In this document: positions 26,251 to 39,045 of the stretch, piece by piece
Position numbering within the stretch: position 1 is the stretch's first letter
How the letters are laid out: the number at the start of each line of letters is the position of its first letter
NCBI RefSeq assembly: GCF_009914755.1
Contig: NC_060936.1
Strand: one strand, 5' to 3'
Length of the DNA: 64,000 nucleotides
Origin: the human T2T-CHM13v2.0 reference genome, Homo sapiens
Program-made: the position numbers and the translations under genes
The notes under the pieces: generated by a model
What the model saw: the letters and a program-made list of their open reading frames with translations, nothing else
Told to the model about the DNA's origin: nothing
Database searches by the model: none

Positions 26251-27930
26251 ATAGGAAATACCCCAAGTAAGGCAGGGAGTAAGAAGGATAGAGCTAACAA
26301 AAATCATATTCCCCTTGATAGTCCCCTGGTTCTCATGTTAAAATATTGGAAAGATAATGAAAGTACTAAACATAAGAAAAAGCAACAAATGATAAAGTAT
26401 TGCTGTATTATTGGGATTCAGGGACCCATCCTCAAACCCTCAATTTTCTGGCCGAAGTTTGGGTCAAATGAGGATGTAATGTGTCAGCTTTTAGTTCAAT
26501 ATTTAAATGATAGAAGTTTGGTTTCTCAAGAAGAACTGGACAATGCGCTTTGTTGGAAACAGGTACCTGTCCTCCTTTTTCCCTTAAAAACAAGGGAAAA
26601 TTTCAACTTAACACCTCAAGAGGAGAAGTCAGACAAGCTAGTCCCCATGCCTAAAGACCCTAATGCATGGGATCCCCTAGACCATCTTCCCCCACTCGGT
26701 ACCCCACAACCCTTCCCCTCAGGAAGCAGCTGCCATGATAAATCCCATTCTAGATCCTTCCACTGCTCACATTATCCCTCCTCCTTACAACCCCGACTCT
26801 TTGGAATTAGCATCTCATGAGCCTGTCCTTTACCTGTCCCTAAGAGGACTCCAACATGAGACAGAGCAATACAAAAAGGATATGCAAAACTTCCCTTGCC
26901 CCTGCCACCCAAGTATCAATTTCAACTTTCTTCCCCTTAAGAGAGGTGCCACAGGGAGGGGGAGCCATTGTGTTCATAAATGCTCTCCTCACCGGTTCAG
27001 AAGTTTGAAGTTTAAAAAAAGAACTCAAACCACTGTTACATGACCCTTATAGAGTGGCAGATCAAATTGATCAATTTTTAGGACCTCAGTTATATACTTG
27101 GGTCGAATTAAAGTCCATCTTAGGTATCCTCTTTTTGGGGAGGAAAGAAGTATGATCGGTAGGGCTGCTATGGTAGTCTGGGAATGTGAACATCTTCCTG
27201 GTCAAAATGTTCCTACCACGGACCAAAAGTTCCCTGCCCAAGACCCCCAGTGGGACAATAACAATGTGGCCCACTGGGAAAATTATGCAAGATTTAAGGG
27301 AAATGATAATAACAGGAATTCGGGAATCAGTGCCCCAGACTCAAAATCTCTCTAAAGCATTTGATATACAGCAAGGAAAGGATGAAGGCCCTTTGGAATT
27401 CCTAAACAGACTGAAAGAGCAAATGAGGAAATATGCAGGCCTAAATTTAGAAGATCCCCTTGGGCAAGGGATGTTAAAATTCCATTTTGTCATGAAGTTT
27501 GTCAGACATTTCAAAGAAATTACAGAAAATAGAGAATTGGGAAGACTATCCCCTAAATGAACTTCTCAGAGAAGCTCAAAAGGTATAGGTGAGGAGAGAT
27601 GAAGAAAAGCAGAAACAAAAAACAAAACTCATATTATCTACCTTCTAACAAACAGATGGCTCCAAATCCATACGCTTCTAAACAAAGCCACCAGGGGCCA
27701 GGAACTATAAAGGGTCCAAGCTTCCATCTAGAGAACCAGGACCCAGACCCCCAGTTACCAGGCCCTCTAAAGAGTATGGGAGAGCAAAGTCAAAGAATCC
27801 CAGAACAGAGACGGAGGAAGGAGAAGATAGATGTTTCAAATGCAGAAGGATAGGTCACTTCAAAAGAGAATGCCTTGAGTGGGAAAAAGAGAAAGAAGCC
27901 ATTCCACTCATGACTTTCAAGGAAGAATAA
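26251..27930 (+). pseudogene. gag: ERV gag, frameshifted
   Basis: Start mutated (ATA-GNTPSK), in frame with ORF 26335; PPPY late domain; MHR-like 'IQQGKDEGPLEFLNRL'; zinc knuckle CFKCRRIGHFKREC at 27832-27873; stop 27928-27930. Confidence 0.9.
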
Positions 27931-30900
27931 GTGTGTCAGGGGCTCTGTCTTTTTTTATCTCAAGTCCCACCAGGAGCCCTTGATAAATTTAGAGTTGGGA
28001 CCTCAACATGAGCTCATCATCTGTTTAGTAGATTCAGGAGTGGCTCACTCTTCTGTTTGTTACTTGCTCCTCAGAAGAATTTTTAATCTCCAGAGTAAAA
28101 GAAGCAGCATTTAAGGCAAAAATCTTAGAAAATACAGAAGTCAAATACCAAGATCAATCAATCAATTCATATTCAATTTTTGTTAATCTCTGAAGGAGGA
28201 ACTAATTTATTAGGGAGAGACTTAATGCTAAAATTAGGCATAGGCCTACAAGTTGGCTCTAAAGGATTTCTCACCTCATTAAACCTACTCACCACTGCAG
28301 ATGAAAAGTATACTCTTCCTGATGTATGGTCAAGGGAAGGAAACTGAGGGAAACTTCAAGTCCCTCCAATACACATCACACTAAAAACCCCCAGGGAAGT
28401 TGTAAGAAGGAAACCCTATCCCCCCTAGAGGGCAGAATAGGGTTAAAACCTATAATTAAAGGCCTAATTAAGGACAGGCTCCTTGAACCCTGTATGTCCC
28501 CTTACAAAATCCCAATACAAAACCCCAGAAATCAGACAGATCATACCAGCTAGTACAAGACCTCAGAGCTATTAACCAAACAGTCCAGACCACCCACCCC
28601 CATTGTCCCCAACCCCTACACCATTCTCAGCAAAATTCCATATAGTCATCAATGATTTACGTTGATAGATATAAAGGATGCTTCCTGGGCATGCCCTTCA
28701 GCTGAAGATAGCTGAGACATACTTGCTTTTGAGTGGGAAGATCCTCATTCAGGGTGAAAGCAACAGTATCAATGGACAGTCTTGCCCCAAGTGTTCACAG
28801 ACTCAACCTTTTTGGCCAAATTTTAGAACAAGTTCTGGATAAAGTTTCCATTCCAAAACACCTCTGCTTGCTTCAATATGTGGACCATCTTCTCATATAT
28901 GGTAAAGCTATAGAGAAAGTAGCTGGCTTCTCTACACACATTCCTAACCATTTACAATTCAAGGAGTTCTGGTTCTCAAAAGGAAAGCTTCAGTATGTAG
29001 AGCCTGAAGTTAAATATTTAGGACACTTAATAAGTGGAGGACGCAAGTGAAGGATAGGGCCCGAATGAGTTGGGAGAATCGTGTCCTTATCCTTACCTCA
29101 AACTAAGCAAGAACTCACTCAGAAAATTTTTATGGTCAGTTGGATATTGCCACTTACAGATTGGCTCAAATGCACTAAAAACTAAACTTCTCTACCAAAA
29201 ACTTACCCAGTGGAAACCTGACCGTCTCCTGCAGACCTCTGATGAGATTGATCAGGTTGAAGAGCTAAAAGAAATGCTCATAACTGCCCCAGTTCTGGCC
29301 TTACCCTCCCTAGAACAACCATTTCATCTTTTTATCAGTGTGAATAACAAGGTAGCTTTAGGAGGCCTTACCCGGGAGCACAGGGGCTGCCAGCAACCCA
29401 TGGCCTTCCTATCAAAAGTTTTAGACCCAGTCATCTGTGAATGTATCCAATCTATTGCAGCTACTGCAGTGTTAACTGAAGAAAGCAGAAAATTAACCTT
29501 CAGGGGAAAATTAAGAGTAAGCACACCTCAACAGGTTAGGACTATTTTAAACCAAAAGTTAGGTAGATGGCTCACGGACTCAAGAATCTTGAAATACAAG
29601 GCTATTCTGTTAGAAAAAGATGACATACCATTAGCCACTAATAATTCACTCAACCCAGTGGGTTTCTTAACAGGGAATCCAAACCTAAAAAGAGAGCATA
29701 AATGTTTAGATGTAATCGACTACCACATGAAAGTCAGGCCCGATCTAAGGGAGACCCCTTTTAAAACAGGGCAGCACTTATTTATAGATGGCTCTTCCCA
29801 GGTGGTTAAGGGGAAAAGGTATAATAGGTATTTAACAATTGATGGGGACACTCTGAAAGAAATAGAATCAGGAAGATTGCCTAATAACTGGTCTGCTCAA
29901 ACTTGTGAACTATTTGCACTCAGCCAAGCTTTAAAATACTTGCAAAACCAGGAAGGGACCATCTACACTGATTCTAAGTATGCCTTCGGAGTAGCCCATA
30001 CCTTTGGACTGAATTAAGTCTCATTAATAGTAAGGGCCAGGACCTTGTCCACAAAGAATTAATCACCCAAGTATTAAATAGCCTCCAGTTGCCAGAAGAA
30101 ATAGCCATTTTACATGTCCCTGGACATCAAAAGAGTCTTTCTTTTGAAAGTTGGGGAAATAACCATGCAGATCAAGTAGCTAAACAAGCTGCTTCCTCTG
30201 AAATGCCCATCTTTCACTTAACTCCTTGTCTTCCTTCTCCTACTGCAATCCCTATTTTTTTCTTTTCCACTGAAAAAGTATAAGAAATCGGAGACAAGGA
30301 AAACTCGGAAAAGGGATGTTACCAGATCAAAGAGAAATCTTATTCAAACCCCTCATGAGAGAAATCTCAACTACATCAGGGACTCATTGGGGACCCCAAG
30401 CTATGTGTGATACAGTTCTGAGAGTCTATGGGTGTACAGGAATTTATACCCTAGCCAAACAGCTTACAGATAGTTGCTCAATACGTAAAAAGACCAATAA
30501 GCAGACTATGAGAAAATCACCCCTCGGGAGAAGGGATCCAGGGCTAAGACCATTCCAGTGTTCAAATTGACGACACCGAAATGCCCCCAATTGGTCACCT
30601 GAAGTACTTATTAGTAATAGTAGACCACTTTACTCACTGGGTAGAAGCTATTCCCTTCTCAAGCGCAACTGCCAGTAATGTAGTTAAGGCATTAGTGGAA
30701 AACATTATACCCAGGTTTGGACTAATAGAAAACATCGATTCAGACAAGGGAACCCATTTCACTGCACAAGTCATTAAAATGTTAGCCCAGGTGCTAGACA
30801 TGAAATGGGAATACCATAACCCTTGGCATCCATCTTCTTCAGAAAGAATAGAAAGAATGAACGAGACTCTGAAAAGCCACCTAACGAAATTAGTCCTAGA

Positions 30901-31372
30901 GACCCAGCTACCCTGGACTAAATGCCTCCCCATTGCCTTGTTAAAAATCAGAACCTCCCCTTGGAATGATGTTGGCTTATCCCCTTATGAAATGCTATAT
31001 GGGCTGCCTTCTTTACATTCCACTACTGATGTTCCTACATTTGAAACAATAGATCAGTTCCTCAAAATTTATATACTTGTTCTATCTTCCACTTTCTCTT
31101 CTCTTAAAACCAAAAGTCTCTTAGCACAGGCACCAGCCCTGGAGTTCATGTCCTCATCAAAGGATGGAAAGAAGCAAAGCTCAAATCAGCTTGGGAAGGA
31201 CCTTACCTAGTGCTCCTGACCACTGTAACCATCATCCAGACAGCAGAGAAAGGATGGACTCATTATACCCGAGTCAAAGTGTTGCCACCTCCACAGTCAT
31301 GGGCCATTGTTCCAGGGGAAAGCCCTACCAAATTAAAGCTAAGAAAAACTTATCACCTTTCCTCACTTTGTA
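27931..31372 (+). pseudogene. pol: ERV pro-pol (protease, RT, RNase H, integrase), multiply frameshifted
   Basis: LVDSG and NLLGRDL (protease); LVQDLRAIN and YVDH at 28877-28888 (YxDD broken); LFIDGSS and IYTDSKYAFG (RNase H); QIDD...IDSD-35-E (integrase). Confidence 0.93.
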
Positions 31373-33201
31373 ACTAGTCACCTTATTAACGTAACTAGAT
31401 CAAGCCTACCTCAAGTTACCACTTTTCACACTTGTCTCATTCTGCCCTGTGGGGATCTCCAAAGCCAAAAGGGGTTAGCCTGTATCCATAAGTATCTTTG
31501 CCCCTCCAGAATAAACAAAACTGCTTATAATATTGACTGTTATACCCAAAGTGCAGGTGGAGAGTCTGTCATGGTTGGGAAAACGTACTCTGGACTACTG
31601 ACTATCAAGGCTGGACCTCCCCAAGGGGAAGCTGCATTGATCTAAAACCCTATATCCACTTTACTAAAGGATAACTCCCTCTAACTGTCAGCTTCAGCAG
31701 TGTAACACTGTGCAAATCTCTATCACTGCCCCCACCTCCACCAACACTAACCCCACTCTAGGTCGCTTCTATGGCCTAGGAGCTGATTTTCATTCTCAAA
31801 CAGGCCCAATAGGATCTTTTGAAATGTGTTTCATTGATCCTCCATCCTCTTCCCTTTCTTCTCCAGAGCCTTCTTTCAATCAAACTGTTATTCTTTCCAA
31901 TAACAAAGCCACAGTCGACATTGTAGAAACTAGAGATTTAGGACAAACTTCAGCAGTTGAAACAGGATACCAAGATACAAATGCCTGGTTGGAATGTATT
32001 AAATATTCTGTTCGCACACTAAACAAAAGTGACTGTTAGGCTTGTGCGGCAGGCAGGCTCAAATAGTCCCTTTCCCACTAGGATGGTCTTCTGACCCATT
32101 GGGCATGAGCTGCATGGTAAATCTCTTTCAAAACCCCATAGCCTGGGGCAGCAAGGCGTCCAAGACTGAAGTCAAAGGCTCTGTGGGTCAGCCTCTGAGA
32201 GCCACCCGGCCTCCAGCCTCAGATGTTGATTTTACCTTGTGTCTTTCACAGCAGGGGGAGAAATTAACATCTCTAGGAGACCCAAAAGGGTGCAATGAAA
32301 TTGAGCCTTTCCAAGAACTTACCAGTCAAGCTGCCCTTACTCATTCCCAAACAAACGTATAGTGGTATTGCGGGAAATTACTATTGAGTTATCTGCCAAG
32401 TAATTGGAGTGGTACTTGAGCTCTAGTTCAATTGGCCATTCCTTTCACTCTGGCATTCCGCCAACACAGCAAGAAAATCAAAACTGAGTTAAAAGAAGCA
32501 CCGCGCCCAGATCTTTTGACCCTCTTGTTTATATAGATGCTGTTGGAGTCCCACGAGGAGTCCCAGATGAATTTAAAGCTCAAAATCAAATAGCTGCAGG
32601 GCTTGAGTCCATGTTGTTCTGGTGGTCAACAATAAAAATGTTGACTGGATAAATTACATCTATTACAACCGAAAACAATTTGTTAATTATACTACGAATG
32701 CTATCAACAGAATAGCTGAATAATTAGGACCCACCAGTCAAATGGCTTGGGAAAATAGAATAGCACTAGACATGATCCCAGCAGAAAAAAGTGAAGTCTG
32801 TGTTATGATTGGAATCCAATGTTGTACTTTGATCCCCAACAACACAGACCCCAGTGGAAGGATTACCAAAGCTTTACAAGGTTTCACACCTCACTATCAC
32901 CTGAACAAGCCAAAAATTCTGGAATGACCCCTTCACAAATTTTATAGAAAAGTGGTTTAGTAAATGGACTAGTGTCCTTGATATTAACCTCTCTTGCAAT
33001 TGCCATAAATGTACTCATTCTCATGGGATGTTGAATTATACCCTGTGCCTGAGGGCTGAGACAAAAACGTATAGAAACAGCTCTCATCAAAAACTCGCCT
33101 GATTTCCCCCCTCCTTATTCACATGAGCTTTTTATTTTAGAGGACCAAGTAGAATAACAAAATCAAAACATGTTAAAGGGCTTGAAGAGGAAAAATTATA
33201 A
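31340..33201 (+). pseudogene. env: ERV env, disrupted
   Basis: SU fragments (ORFs 31710, 32042); TM immunosuppressive domain and CX6CC 'WENRIALDMIPAEKSEVCVMIGIQCC' from 32748; hydrophobic anchor near 32970-33030; many stops; start approximate. Confidence 0.88.
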
Positions 33202-33268
33202 AAATTAAAAAGGGGGATACAAAAGATACAAAATAATACAAAATACAAAATATACAAAAGGGGAGATA

Positions 33269-33739
33269 CAGACACAAAAGAATTTCCTCTTCAAAGGTTT
33301 GGCTTGTTCAGCATCCTTGTTCTCTGTTCCCTACTTACTTCCAAGGCCAAACAAACTTCCTTATCCTTTGTACCCCCGTCTTAGTTTCAGTAAACAACCT
33401 TCCCGCCGGTCCTTATCTACAGTGACCACATCTGCTACCCACTCATGGCTCCTCCCACCAAAACTGCCCTTCCCACCAGTGTAACCACCGTTTTGCACCT
33501 CTCAAGTTAGCCAGTCGAGTTCAGCTTAGATTGTGTGGTCTAACTCCAGGCAATGGAGGCAGGACACAGTGGCAGGGACAAGCTGCGTTAGGGATAAAAA
33601 CCCCTTCCCTCCTTTATTTGGTGTGTGCTTGTGGGTACCAGACTTGCGAGCAGCACCCTTCTACAGAAGTAAATTTTGTCTCACTGAGAAATCCTTTAAG
33701 TGCTAGTTTTCTTTGTGACTCTGAGCTTTACTCCCAACA
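33269..33739 (+). repeat. 3' LTR (LTR10 family), 5' TG terminus destroyed
   Basis: Aligns to the 5' LTR from 'cagacacaaaagaatttcctcttcaaagg' to 'ctcccaaca'. Confidence 0.92.
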
Positions 33740-33966
33740 ACAACAAGAGAATTGAGAGAACTTTAGATCAAAATTTGGGGTAGTTTAGGTGTAGTTTCTA
33801 CATTGGACATTGAACTGAGAGTGAGCAAACCTCTAGAAATGTGACAACCAGGCAACAAAGATGCCTTGACCCTTTGGCTAAAGGAGTCTGGAAAAGAACC
33901 CATCTTTTTTACTTAGGGCATAATTCGCCATCATCAAGAGAGAACAAAGCTAGACTAAAATGACTG

Positions 33967-36243
33967 TGTATTAGTCTGTTTTCATGCTGCTGATAAAAAC
34001 ATAGCCAGGACCAGGAAAAAAAGGAGGTTTAATTGGACTTACAGTTCCACATGGCTGAAGAGGCCTCAGAAACATGGTGGGAGGCAAAGGGCATTTCTCA
34101 ACATGGTGGCAGCAAGAGAAAATGAGGAGGATGCAAAAATGCAAACCTCTGATAAAACCATCAGATGTCCTGAGATTTATTCACTACCATGAGAACAAGT
34201 ATGAGGGAAACCGCCCCCATGATTCAAATTATCTCCCACCAGGTCCCTCCCACAACACGTGGGAATTATGGGAGTACAATTCCAGATGAGATTTGGTTGG
34301 GGACACAGCCAAACCTATCATTCCACCCCTGGCCCCTCCTAAATCTCATGTCCCCACATTTCAAAACCAATCATGCCTTCCCAACAGTCCATCAAAATCT
34401 TAACTCATTTCAGAATTAACCCAAAGTCCACAGTCCAAAGTCTCATCTGGGACAAGGCAAGTCCCTTCCACCTATGAGCCTGTAAAATCAAAAGCAAGCC
34501 AGTTACTTCCTAGATACAATCGGGGTACAGGTATTAGGTAAATACAGCCATTCCAAATGGGAGAAATTGGCCAAAACAAAGGAGTTACAGGGTCTATTTA
34601 AGTCTGAAATCCAGCAGGGCAGTCAAATTCTAACACTCCAAAATGGTCTCCTGTGACTCCATGTCTCACATCAAGATCACGCTGATGCAAGAGATAGGTT
34701 CCTATAGTCTCGGGCAGCTCTGCACCTGTGGCATTGCAGGGTATAGCCACCCTCCTGTCTGCTTTCACAGGTTGGCATTGAGTGTGTGCAGCTTTTCCAG
34801 GCCCACGGTACAAGTTGTGGGTGGAGCTACCATTCTGGGGTCTGGAGGACAGTGGCCCTCTTCTCACAGTTCCACTAGGCAGTGCCCCAGTGGGGACTCT
34901 GTGGGTGGGAGGGGAAGGGGTCTCTGAGCCTATGTTTCCCTTCTGCACACTGCCCTAGCAGAGGTTCTCCATGAGGGACCTGCCTGTGTAGCAAACTTGT
35001 GCCTGGGTATCCTGGTGTTTCCACACATCTTCTGAAATCTAGGTGGAGGTTCCCAAACCTCAATTCTTGACTTCTGTGCATCAACACCACATGGCTCAAC
35101 ACCACATGGAAGCTGCCAAGGTTTGGAGCTTGCACCCTCTGAAACCATGGGCTGAGCTGTACCTTGGCCCCTTTTATCAGTAGCTCGAACAGCTAGGATG
35201 CAGGGCACCAAGTCCCTGGGCTGCACACAGCATGGGGACCCTGGGCCAAGCCCATGAAAACATTTTTTCCTCCTAGGCTTCCAGGTCTGTGATTGGAGGG
35301 GCTGCCATGAAGACCTATGAGATTCCCTGGAGACATTTCCCCTATTGTCTTAAGGATGAACATTTGGCTCCTTGTTACTTACATGAATTTCTCAAGCCAG
35401 CTGGAATTTCTCCTCAAAAAATGGGGTTTTCTTTTCTATTGCATCATCAGGCTGTAAATTTCCTGAATTTTCACAGTTTCCCTTTTAAAATGGAAAGCTT
35501 TTAACAGCACCCAAGCCACCTCTTGAATGCTTTGCTGCTTAGAAATTTTTTCCACCACATACCCTAAAAATCATCTCAAGTTCAAAGTTCCACAAATCTC
35601 TAGGATGGGGCAAAATGCCACCAGTCTCTTTGTTGTAACAGGAGTCACCTCTGCTCCAGTTACCAACAAGTTCTTCATCTCCATCTGAGACCACCTCAGC
35701 CTGGACCTTAATGTTCATATCACTATCAGCATTTTTGTGACAGCCATTCAACAAGTCTCTGGCAAGTTCCAAACTTTCCGACATTTTCCTGTCTTCTTCT
35801 GAGCCCTCCAAACTGTTCCAACCTCTGCCTGATACCCAGTTCCAAAGTCACTTCCACATTTTCAGGTATCTTTTCAGTAACGCCCCACTCTACTGGTACC
35901 AATTTACTGTATTAGTCCATTTTCATCGTGCTGATAAAAACATACCCAAAACTGGGACGAAAAGAAGGTTTAATTGGATTTACAGTTCCACATGGCTGAG
36001 GGGCCTCAGAATGATGGCGGGAGGCAAAAGGCACTTCTTATATGGTGGCAGCAAAATAAAACGAGGATACAAAGTGGAAACCCCTAATAAAACCATCAGA
36101 TCTCCTGAGATTTATTCACTACCATGAGAACAGTATGGGGGAAACCACCCCCATGATTCAAATTACCTCCCACAACACATGGGAATTATGGGAGTACAAT
36201 TCAAGATGAGATTTTGGTGGGGACACAGAGCCAAACTATATCA
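33967..36243 (-). mobile_element. Complete THE1A-like MaLR element (LTR 33967-34320, internal 34321-35907, LTR 35908-36243)
   Basis: Two THE1 LTRs ('tgtattagtc...ggggacacag(a)gccaaac.tatca') flanking THE1-int; 5 bp TSD gactg/gacca. Confidence 0.93.
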
Positions 36244-38494
36244 GACCACTTAGCCATTTGACAGAACTAGATATGCAATAGGGACATTTGAGAACCCCAG
36301 AAAGGAACTGAATGGACTTCTCTATGTGCAACATATAAACAACTTAGGCATTTACATTCTGAATCATTAGGGCATGCTAGACTCTATGTAGGGGGAGAAC
36401 CTTGTAATGCTATAATTTCTCATGATTACTAAGCTGGGGAAAAGATAGATATATAACTAAATAATACAAGGTTATTTTTGAGCCTGGACATCTCAGAATG
36501 TCTTCTATTGTTTACAAAATAATGTGTGTTAGGGGACAGGTAAAGGGCACTTGAGGTCTATAACAACTTCCAACTACTTTCTGCCTGTCCTTTAGGATCT
36601 CTGGCTCTCAAATGGCTAAAGTGACTTTACCTAGTCTCTCAAGAACTCATGTGTCAGCCAGGGAATCCACATATTATCTGAAATATATAGGTGCTATCAT
36701 TAGCACTACAACTACCCTTAGGCCCAAGGTGACACTACCTCATAGAGAAGACTCTCTTCCTTGAAAAAAGAGAAGACACTGGAAAGGAGCCTCAACAGAC
36801 TGGAAAACTTCATGACATCATTGGGAACAGTCTGCTTCCTGCTGCTGCCATAAACCTAGTACTCTCTCTCCCTTCATGGTAGTGGTAGTTCTGGTCCAGT
36901 TTACTGCATACAAGTCATACCATCCTAACAAGGCCTTTCCTGAGCATCACCTATCCCTGGCTAGCCACTGTCTCTTACGGTCTTGTCTTCTCCCCTCACT
37001 GGCACACACAAAAAATACCAACTTTATCTACCTGGCTGGGGCTTTCTCCTGTTTGGGGGTTTCCCGTATGTTTCTTCCCTTTCACTTCAGCCTTTGTCTA
37101 AACTAAGCAATTATTCTCTTCCCATTCCCTGGACCAGATTTTCTTTTCATTAATTAGTAGGTCTCTTCCCTTCCTCCAGGGCATCAAGCGTTTTTACCTA
37201 TCCATTCAGACTTTTCCAATCTCCATCTGCTCGCTTTAAAATAAATTGCTTGCTTTTTCTTATTTATTGAATTATTTGGGTGAGGGGTGAGAAAGAGAAA
37301 AATTCAATAATTTCTATAATCAAAATTTCTTTGTTTTACATTGTTTGCCGATGGATTATTGTTATCTGAAACATCTGAGTCTTTTTTCTTCTGCAAATAA
37401 ATAGCATCATCCTCTGAGTGAAAGACATCGTTAATACTAAGCTGCATGAAATGATATTGACAAATGACCTGTCCCCTGAGTAGGGCAAATGCATGAGAGC
37501 TTTATTATGGACACCAAGAAAGAGGAATGGAATCTAGTTCTAAAGTCAAATCAGTGTCAACGTAAACCAAAGCAATTGATTAAATGGAGGAACTTTATAG
37601 GACCTATATCAATTAATGATTTAAGAAATCTGAAATGAAATGCTCTAAGAATTAAAAACACTTCTTGAAGCATTTCTTCTCTCTCCCCCAGAGGCTAGGG
37701 AACACTCAGTTGGAATTCTGTGGCATGTGTGCAAAGTAAAAATGGGATTTCCATGAGTTATGCACAAAGTTCTTAATTGCACACTGTCACTGGAGCCATT
37801 GTCACCCACCACCAAATCTTGTGTCTCCATCCAAAAACAAAAAGAGGGAAGATTCGTGTTATTAGACTAGACATGCCATGTCAAATTAAGGGGAGAAATA
37901 TGCAGAATACCCAGCCCGATAATGGGAAACTGAAGAACTAAAATTGCATATTGAATATGTTCTTCAGACAAAAAAAAACTTAATTCCATTTGAATTTTAT
38001 AGTAGTTTACACTTAAAAAATTAGGAGAAGAAAATGGGTACTTTAGTAGAATTTTATTTCTGCATACACTGTCAGAATAGATTTTTTTTCAGATGGGGAA
38101 AATCCCTATACGCTGGATTCTATCTTTGAAGGTAGAAGAGAAAGGATGGAAAATATCATGTACTTTAAATACATCTTTCTGTATCTTACCTCCCAATTTT
38201 TTTTAATAGTATGGCCTCACAAAGATTGATTTTACTGCTGCTGAAAACTGTCTGAAGATGAGAAGCAGTTTCAGTAAGAACAACAGAGAGTAAACAAAGC
38301 TAAGATAACAACAGTGAATGCCACAAATTCTGAATAGAACATAACATGGATAAACTGATTTGTTCTACTTCATTAAGTTACACTGAAGTTGGAGAAGTTT
38401 GCAGAACTTTGGCATACATAGAGGTCACAATAGTATATGTTTTTATCAAACTGAATTCTAATTGTTAGAAGGTAGGACAGTGAATAATGGCAAT

Positions 38495-38770
38495 ACTGCA
38501 GAGTGGTTAGGAGAATGTGAGCTTTGTGGTCAGTCAGAAAACTGCTTCAAATCTCAACCGTGTCATTTAGGAGTTGGGTGTGGGCAAGTTATTTAACTTG
38601 AGTCTTACTTCTCACATCTGTGTCTGTCATAGGATAATTGTTTATTATCTGAATAGTGAGAGTTGAATAAATTATCCTCAAAATTAAATAAAATGGAAGG
38701 ATTCAGTATGATGCCTGGAAGGCATGTATATATTAAGGTCTCAATAAATGCTATTTGTTTTGATTTATTA
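38495..38770 (+). mobile_element. MIR
   Basis: 'gagtggttaggagaatgtgagctttg', 'tgggcaagttatttaac', 'ctcaataaatgctatt'. Confidence 0.75.
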
Positions 38771-38857
38771 TTATTACAATAAAAAAGTCACAGTGGAAAA
38801 AGCCAAATTCTCATTTTGATTTAAAACTTTTCCATATTATTATTATTATCATTTAAT

Positions 38858-39045
38858 GTTTTAGAGACAAGATCTCCCTCTTTCACTCAGGCTTGGGTGC
38901 AGTCGTGAAATCATACATAGCCCACTGCAACCTCGAACGCCTGAACTCAAGGGATCCCACTGCTTAGCTGGGACTAAAGGTGTGTGCCACTGTGTTTGGC
39001 TAACTTTTTTTATTCTTTGTAGAGATGGGGGTCTTGCTGACATCC
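38858..39045 (-). mobile_element. AluJ, truncated (right arm plus part of the left arm)
   Basis: 'agagacaagatctccctc...atagcccactgcaacctcgaac...gtagagatgggggtcttgct'. Confidence 0.8.

Larger units (their letters stand above)
25161..33739 (+). mobile_element. Full-length HERV-I/HERV-IP10-group provirus (LTR10 family, gamma-like ERV1), coding-defective
   Basis: Paired LTRs, tRNA-Pro PBS, gag-pro-pol-env remnants in order, PPT, and 4 bp TSD ACAA at 25157-25160 and 33740-33743. Confidence 0.92.

Noticed and set aside
26251-33100. APOBEC3 hypermutation of the provirus (ATG to ATA, some TGG to TGA/TAG)
   Set aside because: Only a few examples, and many Trp codons are intact; cannot be separated from neutral decay without a consensus alignment.
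31340-33201. Possible domesticated, syncytin-like env
   Set aside because: Multiple stops and frameshifts in SU and TM; the longest frame is about 109 aa.
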